Shown: in pieces, positions 12,604 through 26,058 of the stretch
Numbering within the stretch: position 1 is the first letter of the stretch
Layout of the letters: the number at the start of each line of letters is the position of its first letter
From: Mobula hypostoma
Lineage: Eukaryota
DNA length: 64,000 nucleotides
Direction: 5' to 3'
Assembly (NCBI RefSeq): GCF_963921235.1
Contig: NC_086097.1
Span: forward strand, 28,770,001 to 28,834,000
Program-made: the position numbers and the translations under genes
The notes under the pieces: generated by a model
Told to the model about the DNA's origin: nothing
The model's input: only the letters and a program-made list of their open reading frames with translations
The model's database searches: none

Positions 12604-14852
12604 TATTTTAAAGGTACGATCAGGCAGTTAGGTATTGCTTAATGTGATCCTTCTGTAATTCGGCATTTTTACTAATCCGGCACTCTTCAGGTCCCAATGG
12701 TGCCAGATTATAGAAGGTCAACCTGTATAACCTTTTCACATAAACTATTCCCTGTGGTAAGTACTGCACTATTTAGTAAGATTTGAGAAGCAGTGGCAGT
12801 TTTTGAAAAGGTAATTAAATTAACATGCATTTTTTCAAGATGTGACATTTTGTTCTTCTATCCCAGCATATTATCCAAGGAGAAGCCAACAAATAGGTGG
12901 CATCATGTAGGGCATATCGCTCCAGTCGTTCAATTGTTAGCCAAAGCATTTCCTTTATGGAGTTAGATGACTGGCTATTATGCCAAGTCCAATACAAATA
13001 TTGCCACTGAGCCAACTACTTAAGAGGGCTATTCCAAGTATGTATTGTTCAAGCATCAAGACGGTTTTCCCTGTTTAATTTTATGATCAACTGCAACTAT
13101 ATAAAAGTGTATTTATTCGCTCAATTACAAAAAACTAAAGAATAGATATGACTGATATTCATATTTCAGAGTAGTTTCTTTTTCCATTCAAGATCATATC
13201 TGTTGAGATATACTCGGCATTATCTCCCTAGACCTTGCTGCACTGCAGAAGCACTACAGAACTGACTAAAGCACCAATAATTTTCTTGCATTGATTCAAC
13301 TCCCCTAAATTACCAATGTGTAATGACAACAATGTGCGCTTGAATGGTTGGGGAGGGGGAAAGGTGGAAGAAAAATGAGACATTTCCCCTTCCTAAATAA
13401 AACAAAATATACTGATGACTCCTTACACTAAACCATTTAACAGATTTACATTCATTTAGCAATATCCTGTGAATTTATGCTATGCCACATATCATCCTTA
13501 ATATGTAAACATTCAACCACACAATTAATGATCTTTCTCATGCAATATTTTCAGAATGATACATTAGTTCCACAAAGAACATCTTTTAGTGTAACATCTT
13601 TTAGCGTGAGATTGGTGCAAATCTATTGAGAGAACACAAAATTTTCTTCTATGAGAAATGTTTTATTCAGAAATTCATGAATGTTAAATTGATACTTTTT
13701 GGAGTTAAAAGTTATCACTCAGAATGCCGAGTTGGTTCACAAGTGGACAACGTTATTGGCATTTTACAGAAATAAATATTTGAGGGCTGTAGATGGCTGC
13801 ATAGGTTGTAGACCCAACAAGCTCCATCACGGGAACAACTCTCCTGTCCATCGAGGACATCTCCAAGAAGTGGTGCCTCAATAAGGTGGCAATGATCACC
13901 AGCATCTATCACCAAGTACCTTCCCCATCTGGGACAATGCCCTTTTCTCATTACTACCAGCGGAAAGGATGTAGTGTTGCAAGAAAAAGTTTGCAATTAT
14001 TTGACTTTCCGTATTAATTACTCATAAAATGTGGTCTGATCGTCATCTAAGTCACAATAATCTGCCTAAGCTATTAACACACAAAGAATTATACTTCTCG
14101 TCAATACAGAGCACACCATTTAAACAATCACAGTCTAGGTTCAAGAAAGTATGTGAACCTCTCGGGTAATGCCTTCTACAAAAACTATTTGCAGTCAGGT
14201 GGTTCCAGTCAATGAAATGAGATTGAAGGTGTGGGTGGCAGAGGTGCCCTGTCCTATAAAAGACACGAAGTCAGGTTACCGACAGAACCTGCTCTTCTCA
14301 GGAAAGATCTGTTTATGTGCATCATGCCTTAATTAATACAACTTTCAGAGGACCTTAGAAGAATTGTAGAGATACATGAAGCTGGAAAAGGCTACAAAAG
14401 CATTTCTAAAGACCTGAGCGTTCAGCAGTCCACAGTAAGAGAAATTGTCTACAAATGGAGAAAATTCAGTACTGTTACTATTCGCCCTAGGAGTGGGCAT
14501 CCTGCAAAGGTCACACGAAAAGCACAACGTGCAGTGCTGAAGGAGGTGAAAAGGAACCCAAGGTAACAGCAAAAAGATCTGCAGGAATCTCTAGAACTTA
14601 CTAAAGTCTCTGTTCATGTGTCCACTACAAGAAAAACACTAAACATGAATGGTGCTCATGGAAGGACACCACAGAGTAAACCACTGCTGCTCTTCACAAA
14701 AAAACAATGCTGCAAGTTTGCAAAAGACCACATGGATGATCCATAGCGCTTCTGGATGATGAGACAAAAGTTGAACTTTTTGGCAGAAATGCACACAATT
14801 ATGTTTGGAGGAAGAAGAGCACTGCACACCAACATCAAAACCTCACCTCAGC

Positions 14853-16009
14853 AAGGCATTTGATAAGGCACCCCATGCAAGGCTTATTGAGAAAGTTTAA
14901 GGAGGCATGGGATCCAAGGGGACCTTGCTTTGTGGATCCAGAATTGGCATGCCCAGAGAAGGCAAAGAGTGGTTGTAGATAGGTCATATTCTGCATGGAG
15001 GTTGGTGACCAGTGCTGTGCCTCAGGGATCTGTTCTGGGACCCCTTCTCTTTGTGATTTTTATGAATGACCTGGATGAGGAAGTGGAGGGATGGGTTAGT
15101 AAATTTGCTGATGACACAAAGGTTGGGGGTGTCGTGGGTAGTGTGGAGGGCTGTCAGAGGTTACAGCGGGACATCGATAGGATGCAAAACTGGGCTGAGA
15201 AGTGGCAGATGGAGTTCAACCCAGATAAGTGTGAAGTGGTTCATTTTGGTAGGTCAAATATGATGGCAGAATATAGTATTAATGGTAAGACTCTTGGCAG
15301 TGTGGAGGATCAGAGGGATCTTGGGGTCCAAGTCCATAGGACACTCAAAGCTGCTGTGCAGGTTGACACTGTAGTTAAGAAGGCATACGGTGCATTGGCC
15401 TTCATCAATCTTGGGATTGAGTTCAAGAGTTGAGAAGTAATGTTACAGCTTTATAGGACCCTGGTCAGACCCCACTTGGAGAACTGTGCTCAGTTCTGGT
15501 CACCTCACTACAGGAATGATGTGGAAACTATAGAAACGTTGCAGAGGAGATTTACAAGAATGTTGCCTGGATTGGGAACCTATGAGAATAGGTTGACTGA
15601 ACTTGGCCTTTTCTCCTTGGAGTGAAGAAGGATGAGAGGTGACCTGATAGAGGTGTATAAGATAATGAGAGGCAATGATTGTATGGATAGTCAGAGGCTT
15701 TTTCCCAGGGCTGAAATGGCTAACATGAGAGGGCACAGTTTTAAGATGTTTGGTAGTAGGTACAGAGGAGATGTCAGGGGCAAGTTTTTTTTTTAAAACG
15801 CAGAGGGTGGTCAGTGCGTGGAATGGGCTGCTGGCGACAGTGATGGAGATGGATACAATAGGGTCTTTTAAGAGACCCCTGGATAGGTACATGGAGCTTA
15901 GAAAAGTAGAGGGCTCTGGGTAACCCTGGGTAATTTCTAAGTACATATTCGGCACAGAATTGTGTGCAGAAGGGCCTGTATTGTGCTGTAGGTTTTCTAT
16001 GTTTCTATG
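14853..16009 (+). mobile_element. 5'-truncated CR1 LINE inside Tc1
   Basis: ORF 14930..15433 with VPQGSVLGPLLF and KFADDTK; TTCTATGTTTCTATG tail; CAGC duplicated at 14849-52 and 16010-13. Confidence 0.95.
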
Positions 16010-16223
16010 CAGCTGTGAAGCATGTGGAAGGAGCATCATGGTTTGGGGTTGCTTTGCGGCCTAAGGGTCTGGACAGCTTGCAATCATTGAGGGAACAATG
16101 AATTCAAAATTGTATCTAGACATTTTACAGGTGACTGTCAGGGAAGCAGTCCGTCACCTGGAGCTTAATAGAAGTTGGATGATGCAACAAAATGAACTGA
16201 AACAAGAGTAAATTAACAACAGC

Positions 16224-16356
16224 AAACAAGACAGAATCTGCAGATGCTGGAAATCCAAGCAACACACACAAAATGCTGGAGGAACTTAGTAGGCCAGGCA
16301 GCATCTACGGCAGAAAAAAGTACAGTTGACGTTTCGGACCGAGACCCTTCTGACCG
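16224..16356 (-). mobile_element. Short Penelope-terminal fragment inside Tc1, ending within the hammerhead
   Basis: GAATCTGCAGATGCTGGAAAT..GTTGACGTTTCGGACCGAGACCCTTC then break. Confidence 0.8.
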
Positions 16357-18679
16357 AAACAGTTTTGTATGGAGGAGTGGTCTAAAATTTTTCATCGCTG
16401 TTGACAAGTCTGATAAGCAGCTACAGGAAACATTTGGTTTCCTGTAGAGGTTACTGCTGCTAAAGGAAGTTTTACCAGTTATTAAATACAAGGGTTCACA
16501 GTTTTTCCAGCCTAGACTGTGGATGATTAAATAATGTTCAATAAAGATGTGAAAAGTGCAATTGTTTGTGTGTTATTAGTTAGGCAGATTGTGTTTGTCT
16601 ATTATTGTGACTTAGATGAAGATCAGACCACATTTTATGCAGAAAATTAATGCAGAAAACCAGAAAATTGCAAAGGGTTCACAAACTTTCTTGCAACTGT
16701 ATATACAGGGGCCCAAACAGCAATATTCAACAATTCTGACCATCAGATTTCTGAACAGTCTATGCTCACTACGCCATTTTTTTGCACAATTTATTTTTGT
16801 AATGTACAATAATTTTGTCTTTGCACTGTACTGCCATTGCAAAATAAATTTCACATCATACAAGTCAGTGATGACAAATCTTATAGTTTTCCTTTCTCAG
16901 AAATATCAGTAATTTTACAAAAAAAACCCAGAAATAAACTGATTATACAGTTCCAAACAAAATAAATTTGAATGGCTTAAGTTCAGAGCCCTCAACAAGC
17001 CTTTACATATTTTACTGACCCTAAATGTTACCTCAGTATATTACACCACTCAAATTGGCTCTCAAAAAACCTGGGATTAAAATCTGTCATGTTACAGTGA
17101 ATAAGAATGCTTGTAATGTGGTTGCTAGAGGTATTAATCCAGCCACTTGGATGAATCACCCAATCATAGTAACAGGACTCTAAATTTAGAGAATTAAATA
17201 GTGAAACGCTAGCAGCAATAATGGTGATCTTGAAATGAACAGGTTGCAATAAATTATAACACAGCAACAGTACAGACTTCTAACCGTCCGTTGAAACAGT
17301 ACACTCAGCTAGACCACAGTGCTAAGTCTAAACCTAAAAATAAAACTGGAAGAAACAGCTAGCACTGAACTAGGGACAGGCTGCATACACAAACCAGCTG
17401 GCCCCACAAGTCCTCCTCTAAAGCAAATGGAGATTGATATGCATATTGGGAGAACTGTTCTACATTAGAAAAGCAATTGACTGAGGAAGCACTTAAGAGT
17501 CTCAGCCAACAATCTGTTCTCTACTGTTAGCCTAGGTTGGTTTTGCCCAACTGGTTGATTATACCCCCAGAGTAACTGCACTCTTGTGGTAAGCAACATG
17601 AAGGAGCGAGGAGGAAACTCCGTAGCATTAACTTCAGACTCAATGGCATCTCATGTCTTCAGGTGAAGCCGGAGTAAAGAAACCACCTATTTACCATCCA
17701 CTGCCCTTCCCTCAGCTGCTGTATTAGCACACCTTCATGCTGAACTCCATCTGGAGGAAGTACTGAGTAACAAAAAGAAAGAAAGCACTCTAGCTGAGGA
17801 CCAAATCTGCAACATTGGCGAGGGAAGCAATATGAAGGAAACTTTACTCCAACTTCATCTCAGTCTATTGCAGATGTATCTATACACGTTGGTACTTATA
17901 AGACTGACTACTACAGAGACGAAGTCCCATCTTCATAAATTCTACCACAAATGGCAATGATAGAGGCTGATACAAAAATGACATTTAAGAGACAGCGAGA
18001 TAGGGACATGGATGTAAGAAAAATTAGGGTTATGGGCTGTGTAGGAGAGAACTGTGATCAAGGAGTAGGTTTATATTGTGGGCCAAACTATGCTGTATTG
18101 TTCTATGCTTTATGTGTTCAAATATTTAAGGATATGGTTATGTCACCGTCTTCAAGTTCCCCTGAACATCATGTGCCATCCTGCTACATCAGTAATGTTT
18201 ATACCACATATGTAAATTAAAGCACGTTTGAAACAGCAGAAATTTATTGCTTTCAGCTCAGAAGTGCAAGACATACTACTGAACAACTTAACAGGTAGTG
18301 TTCATGGACTTTTCAGAAATTACAAACATCCCCTGCCTTAACAAGCACAAGAACAGAGAAAATTTACATTATTTACATTCAAAGAATAGAAACAGTACCA
18401 CTCAGAAATACTTGATAATTATCCTCTGCAAGGACAGGAACGGTAATCCTAAATCTCTAACTTGTTCCTATATGTTTAATTTGTGCCTTTATTTCAACTG
18501 CCAATTGAATAGATACCTAGGTATCAACACGGTTTCTACTTCTTCACTCATAATTTCACTTATGCACACTTCAATCTCAATTCTATGGATATAAAAATTG
18601 TTTTCTTTTGAACAATTCAGGGAGCATCTCTCCCTTTATTCTTTGTTGTTTGGGTACATTTTCCATTTAGTGTCCTACA

Positions 18680-18960
18680 GTACAGATTGGGCACATAGGC
18701 CAATCAAGCACCCATCTACACTAATCCCATATGATATTTTTATTCTCCCACATTCCTATCAACTTTCCTCAGATTCCACCACTCACCAACACACCTGGGG
18801 AAAACTGCAGTGGCCAATAAGCACACTAGTTGTATACCGTTGGGAGATAGATGAAAATTAGAGCACCCAGGGAAATGTACATTGTCATAGGATGAAGGTG
18901 CAAATTCTACACAGACCATTGACGCCAGGATCAAATATGGGTCAATGGAACTCTAAGGCA
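18680..18960 (-). mobile_element. Decayed tRNA-derived SINE (V-SINE/DANA-like); related piece at about 8200-8490
   Basis: GAGCACCCAGGGAAA..CAAATTCTACACAGAC..CCAGGATCAAA pattern of vertebrate SINE cores; family name not verifiable. Confidence 0.45.
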
Positions 18961-19110
18961 GCATCTATGGAGGAAAATAAACATTGACCTTGCAGGCCGA
19001 AACCCTTCATCAGGACTGATGCTCGCAATGTTGACTGCTCATTTCCCTCTAAAGATGCTGCCTGACTGCTGATTTCCTCCAGCATTGAGTTTGTTGTTCA
19101 AGATTTCCAC
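18957..19110. mobile_element. Small inverted Penelope-terminal pair joined at a degenerate hammerhead
   Basis: GGCAGCATCT..CCGAAACCCTTCATCAGGACT | ..TTGACTG..AGATGCTGCCTGACTGCTG. Confidence 0.7.
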
Positions 19111-19791
19111 CAGAATACTGGTCCCATGAGTGACTGGAACTGCCAGTGACTTTAAACAGATTAGGAGGAACTTATTCTCTTCTAAGGTTACAGTTATTTG
19201 GAAGTTTCCATCCAGAGCAGTGTCAAAAGGAAGTAATAAGTATATTTAATGCTACAAAATATTTCTGGAGTAGAGTGCAGTTAAGGGCAAAAGACAATGA
19301 TTTAAGCAGGGAGCGTGCTTGGTGGACTTCAATTTTCAATGCCAAACCCTACTTCCCATTCACTAACTGCTCGCATACCTTTGCAGATTATTTGCACTGT
19401 TAGAAAACTTAATATAATTTCATTTGGTTCCTTCGTCTGACATCTGATGGAAGAAAAAAAAAATGCCAGGACACAGGAGGAATTTTCCACTTCACTCTGC
19501 AGTTTTTTTTGTAATGGGAATTCCAGAGGAGAGGATAGACCTTTGATTAACGTCTCCTTTGAAAGACAATGCTGCTAATCCGCTGTTCTGGATTATGTGC
19601 ACAATTCTCATAAGTAGTATTGTAGCCACATTCTTTAATAATAAATCACTTGATACTTTCAATGCATTGATATCTCAGTCTAAAATAGGCAGTAAATTTG
19701 TAATAATCCATCTAATCCGTGTAATGCAACAAAGACCATCCCAGTGGAGTTCAAACTTTTTTTTTTGCAATCGGAGTTTCCAAATACTCAC

Positions 19792-19908
19792 ATCATCATT
19801 TTGTTGAGCTTCCTGCATGACAAACTCTCGTACCATGGAGGGATTATACTCAACCAAATAGGAAAATATGTCAGTGGCTGCACTTCGAACCTGAACGTCA
19901 TCCATACC
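19792..19908 (-). CDS. PPP4R3A: PPP4R3A/SMEK1 coding exon (probably exon 7), 117 bp
   Basis: [45 protein letters not shown] acceptor, GTGAGT donor. Confidence 0.96.
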
Positions 19909-22556
19909 CTGCAAATTAATATTTGCAAAATTATTAAGGTACACAGTTACCAGACAACAAGGAAGTTTGGAAAAGAAACAATACTTTGACCAAAGTACAA
20001 TTATTAGAGCCTTTACCACCGCTTGTGCAAATTAAGTAGTGCAATATAGTAGAGTGTGATAAAATAATTATATGCCTGGCAATTAGTCCAGATAGCAAAT
20101 CTAGTTTCTTTATTACAACTTCAGAACAACTTCATCTTATTTCTTTAGAGGAATTCTTCCAGTCAATTTCTGGAAGAAACACTGCCACACTTATATTCTC
20201 TCCTTCTCTGGTAACATACCTCAATGTTCAAAGTAATTTTTTTAAAAATCAAAGTACATATGTGTCACCAGATACAACTCTGAGATCCATCTTTTGTTGG
20301 CATTTACAGTAAATACAAAGAAACATTACAGAATCAAATATCACACAGAACAAGACAAACAACAAATGTGTAAACACAAAAAAGAAAAAAAAAAGCAACA
20401 AATATTGAGGACAGAAGATGAAGAGTCTTGAAAGTGGGCTCATAGGCTGTGAGAGCAGTTCAGTGTTGGTGAGGGTGAAGTTGAGTGAAACTATCCCCTT
20501 TGGTTCAAGAGCCTGATGGTTAAGGGGTAATAACTGTACCTGAACCTGGTGGCTTGGGTCCAGAGGTCCCTGTATCTCTTTCCCGATAGCAGCATCAAGA
20601 AGAAAGAATGGCTTGGATGACAGGGTCCTTGTTGATGGATGCTGCTTTCCTGTGACAATGCTCCATGTAGGGAGGGAGTACTTTACCGATGATGGACTGG
20701 ACTGTATGCACTACTTCTTGTAGACTTTTCCGTTCAAGAGCAATAATGTTTCATACGAAGCCTATGATGGTGCAAGTATATTTTTCATTGCACCTGTGTA
20801 TACATGTATTTCTGCCTCCGACAATAAACTTGACTTTGACTTCACATTTCAACCACCCTTGCTATAACTGCTGGATACTACCCAACCAGCAAACTGCTTT
20901 TTCCATAAGCACCCTTCTGGAAAGCAGAAGAGGGCTATTAAAACAAGAACTTTGCACCATCTTAAGCTTCTTCCCTCAGGGATTTAATCATGTTATTCCA
21001 CCCCCCCACCCCCACCACCACCTATTACCTCAGTGACTGCACTGTACACACTTTAAACCAATTTTTATAATATTGTTTTCATTGCAAGTACATGCTGGTA
21101 TTTACATATTTTTGTATATTTATTCCATATCCATACTTTTAACTTTATTTTATAATTCTTTATAATTGTTGAATGTTATTTTTGCTGCATGTTGCATCAA
21201 CACAACACAGCAAATTCCTAGTATGTGTAAATGTATATGGAGAATTAAGTTTATACTTGATTCCTGACATTTCATAACCCATCCTTAGCCAGCACTTCTC
21301 CTGGAACATGGAAAACAATATAATTTGTACTCCAGATACAATTTCACCAGGCCACTACTTCCACATCACTTCCTCAGGCTTGGAAGATTCAAAGGCAGCT
21401 GGTATCATTCCAAGAGTCTAAAAATTTCTAATAATAGAGGGCATTCACTTAAGGTGAGAAGGGAAAAGTTCAAAGGAGATGTGTGGAACAATTAAAAAAA
21501 AACAAGAGTGTTAGGTACCTGGAATGTCCTGGGACAGTGGAGGCAGATATGACAGAGGCTCATTGATAAGTACATGAACATGCAGGTAATGTGGGATATT
21601 GACCACATGCAGCAAAAGGAATTAGGTGTTATTAGCTTGATTAGTTTGGCACAACGGGCCACATGGGCCAAAGGACTTGTTCTTTAACTGTACTGTTTTC
21701 TGTTTTTTAAGCATGGTGGAATAAGAGGAAATGTCTAGATGCAGTGTACTCCAGAAAACACAGTACATCATTAAAGACCCCTCACATCCTCTTCGTGAAC
21801 TGTTTGTTCTTCTGCCATCAGGCAAATGTTACAGCAGCATCAAAACTAAAACTACAAGGCTACTAAACAGCTTCCTCCCATAGGCAGTCAGACTGCTAAA
21901 TAGCTGCTCTACCTGACTCTGCTTTGGACACTTTTGACTTGCACTGGATACTAATAACTGATTTTAACTGACATGTGGCCATTGTGCTTTACTATTTATT
22001 GTTATGTTTATTATTTAGTGTTGCATTTGTTATGTTATGATTGCACTGCCCCTGAGAAATGCTGTCTCATTCTGCCCTGCAGAGCTGATGTACGGTTAGA
22101 ATGACAATAAAGTTTTTTGAACTTGAATCTTGGATTCCAAAAGTCACTTCATGAAAGCTTGTTGCATAGAAGAGTGGACAGGGTTGAGAATAATGTATTG
22201 TGATCCTGTAATCGTCTGAACCCTTAGTGCCTAGGTGGCACATGGGGCCTCTTTTCTTCGGTTTCTGTAGCGGTAAGGATTTTACAGGGTAGGGCTGCTA
22301 GCCCTACGCCCAACCCCCATTCTGGAGGACCAGGTGCTGTATTCATCTGGCCCTTCACCTGGAGTGATCCTGTAATTCCTCCTTCAAATGTGTGTGGGTC
22401 AAGTGTGAGCAGAAGCGGGTTTCCCTTTATCTACCAACTTATCCACAGTCATCGTCTGATTCCATTAGAAATCTAGTCTGGTAAGACACCAAAAGGCTAC
22501 TGTTGGCTGTGGAAATGTAACCCATAAAATTCATGCATTTTAATAATAAAACTCAC

Positions 22557-22673
22557 CAAAATGACCTCTAGGGCTGGCAAGATGCCCATATTTGATAATG
22601 TTTTGAAGAACGAATCTCTGTTTTGAGGTTGCAAAGTTTGAGAAAATGCACAAAATTCTTTCAGAAAATTCAC
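22557..22673 (-). CDS. PPP4R3A: PPP4R3A/SMEK1 coding exon (probably exon 6), 117 bp
   Basis: [45 protein letters not shown] acceptor, GTGAGT donor. Confidence 0.96.
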
Positions 22674-23112
22674 CTGAAACAAAAACATATTATGCTTTGC
22701 TGATCAATGAGTTAAAATAGTAACATTCAGTCCATTCATCGACAAGACAGTAAATTTGCTTCAAGTATCACAAACGTAATTCTTAATTCCATGTTTTTGC
22801 AACATCTGAATATAATTCACGAGTGATGGGATATAGAACAGTTTCTGCATTTTTTAAAGTTATTTAGATTGTGATTTCATATCCCTTTTCGTAGGTCCCT
22901 GTCACATGCTGTTCCTTTGTAGAATGGGTCAGAGAGCTGCATGCTGAGCCAAAGCAAAATTTGTTCAGGTCTTCACAGGCAGGGTGGACCATATGGCAGT
23001 CTTAGGTCATCCTGAAGTTCCACAGTACCAGGTTCAAGAACAATTACTTCCTTCCAACCACTTGCATAAACAAATTGACACAACCTTAGACTAGCAATAC
23101 CAAGTCCACTTT

Positions 23113-23425
23113 CAGAGGCTTTTCCCCAGGGCTGAAATGGTTGCCACAAGAGGACACAGGTTTAAGGTGCTGGGGAGTAGGTACAGAGGAGATGTCAGGG
23201 GTAGGTTTTTCGCTCAGAGAGTGGTAATTGCATGGAATGGGCTGCCGGCAACGGTGGTGGAGGCGGATATGATAGGGTCTTTTAAGAGACTTTTGGATAG
23301 GTACATGGAACTTAAAAAAATAGAGGACTATAGGTAAGCCTAGTATTTTCTAAGGTAGGGACATGTTTGGCACAACTTTGTGGGCCGAAGGGCCTGTATT
23401 GTGCTGTAGGTTTTCTATGTGTCTG
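23113..23425 (+). mobile_element. CR1 LINE 3' fragment
   Basis: ORF 23137..23337 TRGHRFKVLGSRYRGDVRGRFFAQRVV; highly similar to 15690-16009. Confidence 0.9.
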
Positions 23426-24899
23426 TGTCTTTTCACTAAAATGGACACCTTTTGTTCCAATTGTGTTCTTTCTTGTAAAACTTAAGTTTTAAGAATGCTA
23501 TTTATATGATGCTATGTGTCTGTGATAGTGATTCCAGTTTTTCAATGCACTTGTGCATATGACAATAAACTCATACTTTGATTTCATTCCTTGCAGAAGA
23601 ATTTAATTGAAGCAGCAATTCATGGTTTTATGCAGTACAGATATTGGCACAGATGGATTATAAGACAATCTTTCAGTACTTGTATTGGAGAGATTAAAAG
23701 ATGACTTTAAGCACGTACATCCAGCTTCATAAATGTAGTGCATACAGCCATAAGATAAACTACCACAAATGTTCAAATTAAATATTTAAAAAAATTAAAC
23801 TGTTATTCAAAACTGTAACCTTTTTTGTTTTATTGAAGCACTGCTGTAGGCAACTTTTGCCAAAGTCTTACCAATGAGCTGCATCACATTAGGCACTGAA
23901 AAATGGATGCCTGCTGACACAGTGCTGAGTACATGTGGTTGTATGATAGATCTTTCCTGCCTTTTCATGTGCCAGAGAGTGGCTGGTGGAACAGTAAGAC
24001 ATGAGAATTTTGCTTACTTCTGGGACATTTGGGGACTGTACGTATTTGAGTGGGAATTACCAGTACTGGTGCATCATAGTGCAATTCCCATTTCGGGCAG
24101 CCAGAGAGTAAATAAACTAGTTCTGGATACATGTATGTACAGAACTAGATGTTTGTTCCAGGAAATCAGATGCATGTGAATTTAATTTTCTTGGTTTGTA
24201 GATGATACTACTTTTCATAGATTGTATACCTGTATATACAAACGCCATTAACTATGATATTTCGGGATCTGAGGAAGATTCCCTCTCTTAACACCCAGAA
24301 GGTGGAATTTGGAATGCACTGCCTGAATTGGTGGTGAAGACGTTTGGCTTCAACAAATCTTAAGTATGCAGAAGAAAACTCAATTTCCAAATACAGAAGT
24401 ACAGAATGTATGGATCAAGCACTGGTAAGTAAGATCAGTACAGCTGGATTCAAAATCAAGAATAGATTTATTATCATTGATATATGTCGTGAATTTTTTG
24501 TTTTCAGACAGTACAGTGCAATCCATAAAAAATTACAAGTTAGAATGAACTATATTGTAATAATAATTAAGTAGTGCAAAAAGTGAGAAAAATAGTGAGG
24601 TAATATTTATGGACTTTTCAGAGATCTGATGGCAGAGGGGAAGAGCCTGTCCTTAAAATGCTGAGTGAGTGTCTTCAGGCTTCTATACCTCCTCCCTGAT
24701 GTAGCAATGAGAAGAAGGCATATCCTGGATTGTGGGGAGTCCCTAATTGAGGCATCACCTCAAAGATGGGTACTTGATGTTTGGTGTCTGCACTGTAACC
24801 AAAGGAACAGGAATTCTGCAGATGCTGGAAATTCAAGCAACACACATCAAAGTTGCTGGTGAACGCAGCAGGCCAGGCAGCATCTCCAGGAAGAGGTAC

Positions 24900-24935
24900 A
24901 GTCGACGTTTCAGGCCGAGACCCTTCGTCAGGACT
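24900..24935 (-). ncRNA. Minimal type I hammerhead ribozyme motif (PLE-associated)
   Basis: Minus: AGTC-CTGACGA-AGGGTCTCGGCCT-GAAA-CG-TC-GACT; stem I AGUC/GACU, intact core, GUC cleavage triplet, palindromic ACGU in place of helix III. Confidence 0.8.
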
Positions 24936-26022
24936 AACTAAAGGAAGAGTGAGTAAGAGACTTGAAAGTTGGAGGGGGAGGGGGAGATCCAAAATGATAG
25001 GAGAAGACAGGAGGGGGAGGGATGGAGCCAAGAGCTGGACAAGTGATTGGCAAAAGGGATACGAGAGGATCATGGGACAGGAGGTCCGGGAAGAAAGACA
25101 AGGGAGAGGGGGAACCCAGAGGATGGGCAAGGGGTAGAGTCAGAGGGACAGAGGGAGAAAAAGGAGAGTGAGAGAAAGAATGTGTGTATAAAAATAAATA
25201 ACAGATGGGGTACGAGGGGGAGGTGGGGCATTAGCGGAAGTTAGAGAAGTCGATGTTCATGCCATCAGGTTGGAGGCTACCCAGACGGAATATAAGGTGT
25301 TGTTCCTCCAACCTGAGTGTGGCTTCATCTTTACAGTAGAGGAGGCCGTGGATAGACATGTCAGAATGGGAATGGGATGTGGAATTAAAATGTGTGGCCA
25401 CTGGGAGATCATACTTTCTCTGGCGGACAGAGCGTAGGTGTTCAGCAAAGCGGTCTCCCAGTCTGCGTCGGGTCTCACCAATATATAAAAGGCCACTTCG
25501 GGAGCACCGGACGCAGTATATCACCCCAGCCGACTCACAGGTGAAGTGAAGCAGGATCTCCCAGTGGCCACATATTTTAATTCCACATCCCATTCCCATT
25601 CTGACATGTCTATCCACGGCCTCCTCTACTGTAAAGATGAAGCCACACTCAGGTTGGAGGAACAACACCTTATATTCCGTCTGGTAGCCTCCAACCTGAT
25701 GGCATGAACATCGATTTCTCTAACTTCCGCTAATGCCCCACCTCCCCCTCGTACCCCATCTGTTATTTATTCTTATACACACATTCTTTCTCTCACTCTC
25801 CTTTTTCTCCCTCTGTCCCTCTGAATATACCCCTTGCCCATCCTCTGGGTTCCCCCCTCCCCTTGTCTTTCTTCCCGGACCTCCTGTCCCATGATCCTCT
25901 CGTATCCCTTTTGCCAATCATCTGTCCAGCTCTTGGCTCCATCCCTCCCCCTCCTGTCTTCTCCTATCATTTTGGATCTCCCCCTCCAACTTTCAAATCT
26001 CTTACTCACTCTTCCTTCAGTT

Positions 26023-26058
26023 AGTCCTGACGAAGGGTCTCGGCCTGAAACGTCGACT
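26023..26058 (+). ncRNA. Minimal type I hammerhead ribozyme motif (antisense to host gene)
   Basis: AGTC-CTGACGA-AGGGTCTCGGCCT-GAAA-CG-TC-GACT; predicted cut after 26054. Confidence 0.8.

Larger units (their letters stand above)
11850..12725. mobile_element. pogo/Tigger-like non-autonomous DNA transposon carrying an rDNA fragment
   Basis: TA|CAGGTCGACCATCTCTGATCCGAC ... GCCAGATTATAGAAGGTCAACCTG|TA; about 18/24 TIR identity; TA at 11848-49 and 12726-27. Confidence 0.75.
13974..16699 (+). mobile_element. Tc1 DNA transposon (decayed transposase from about 14324), with nested CR1 and Penelope fragment
   Basis: LSEDLRRIVEIHEAGKGYKSISKDL..VREIVYKWRKFSTV, DETKVELFG, VKH..SIMVWGCF; long inverted termini; right end TTCTTGCAACTG|TA (TA at 16700-01); left end degenerate after TA at 13972-73. 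Confidence 0.9.

Noticed and set aside
19753..19791. In-frame extension after the ..QQNDD exon ([13 protein letters not shown]), analogous to the 13-aa alternative-donor extension I recall in human PPP4R3A
   Set aside because: No in-frame GT after 13 codons and little sequence similarity; not supportable.
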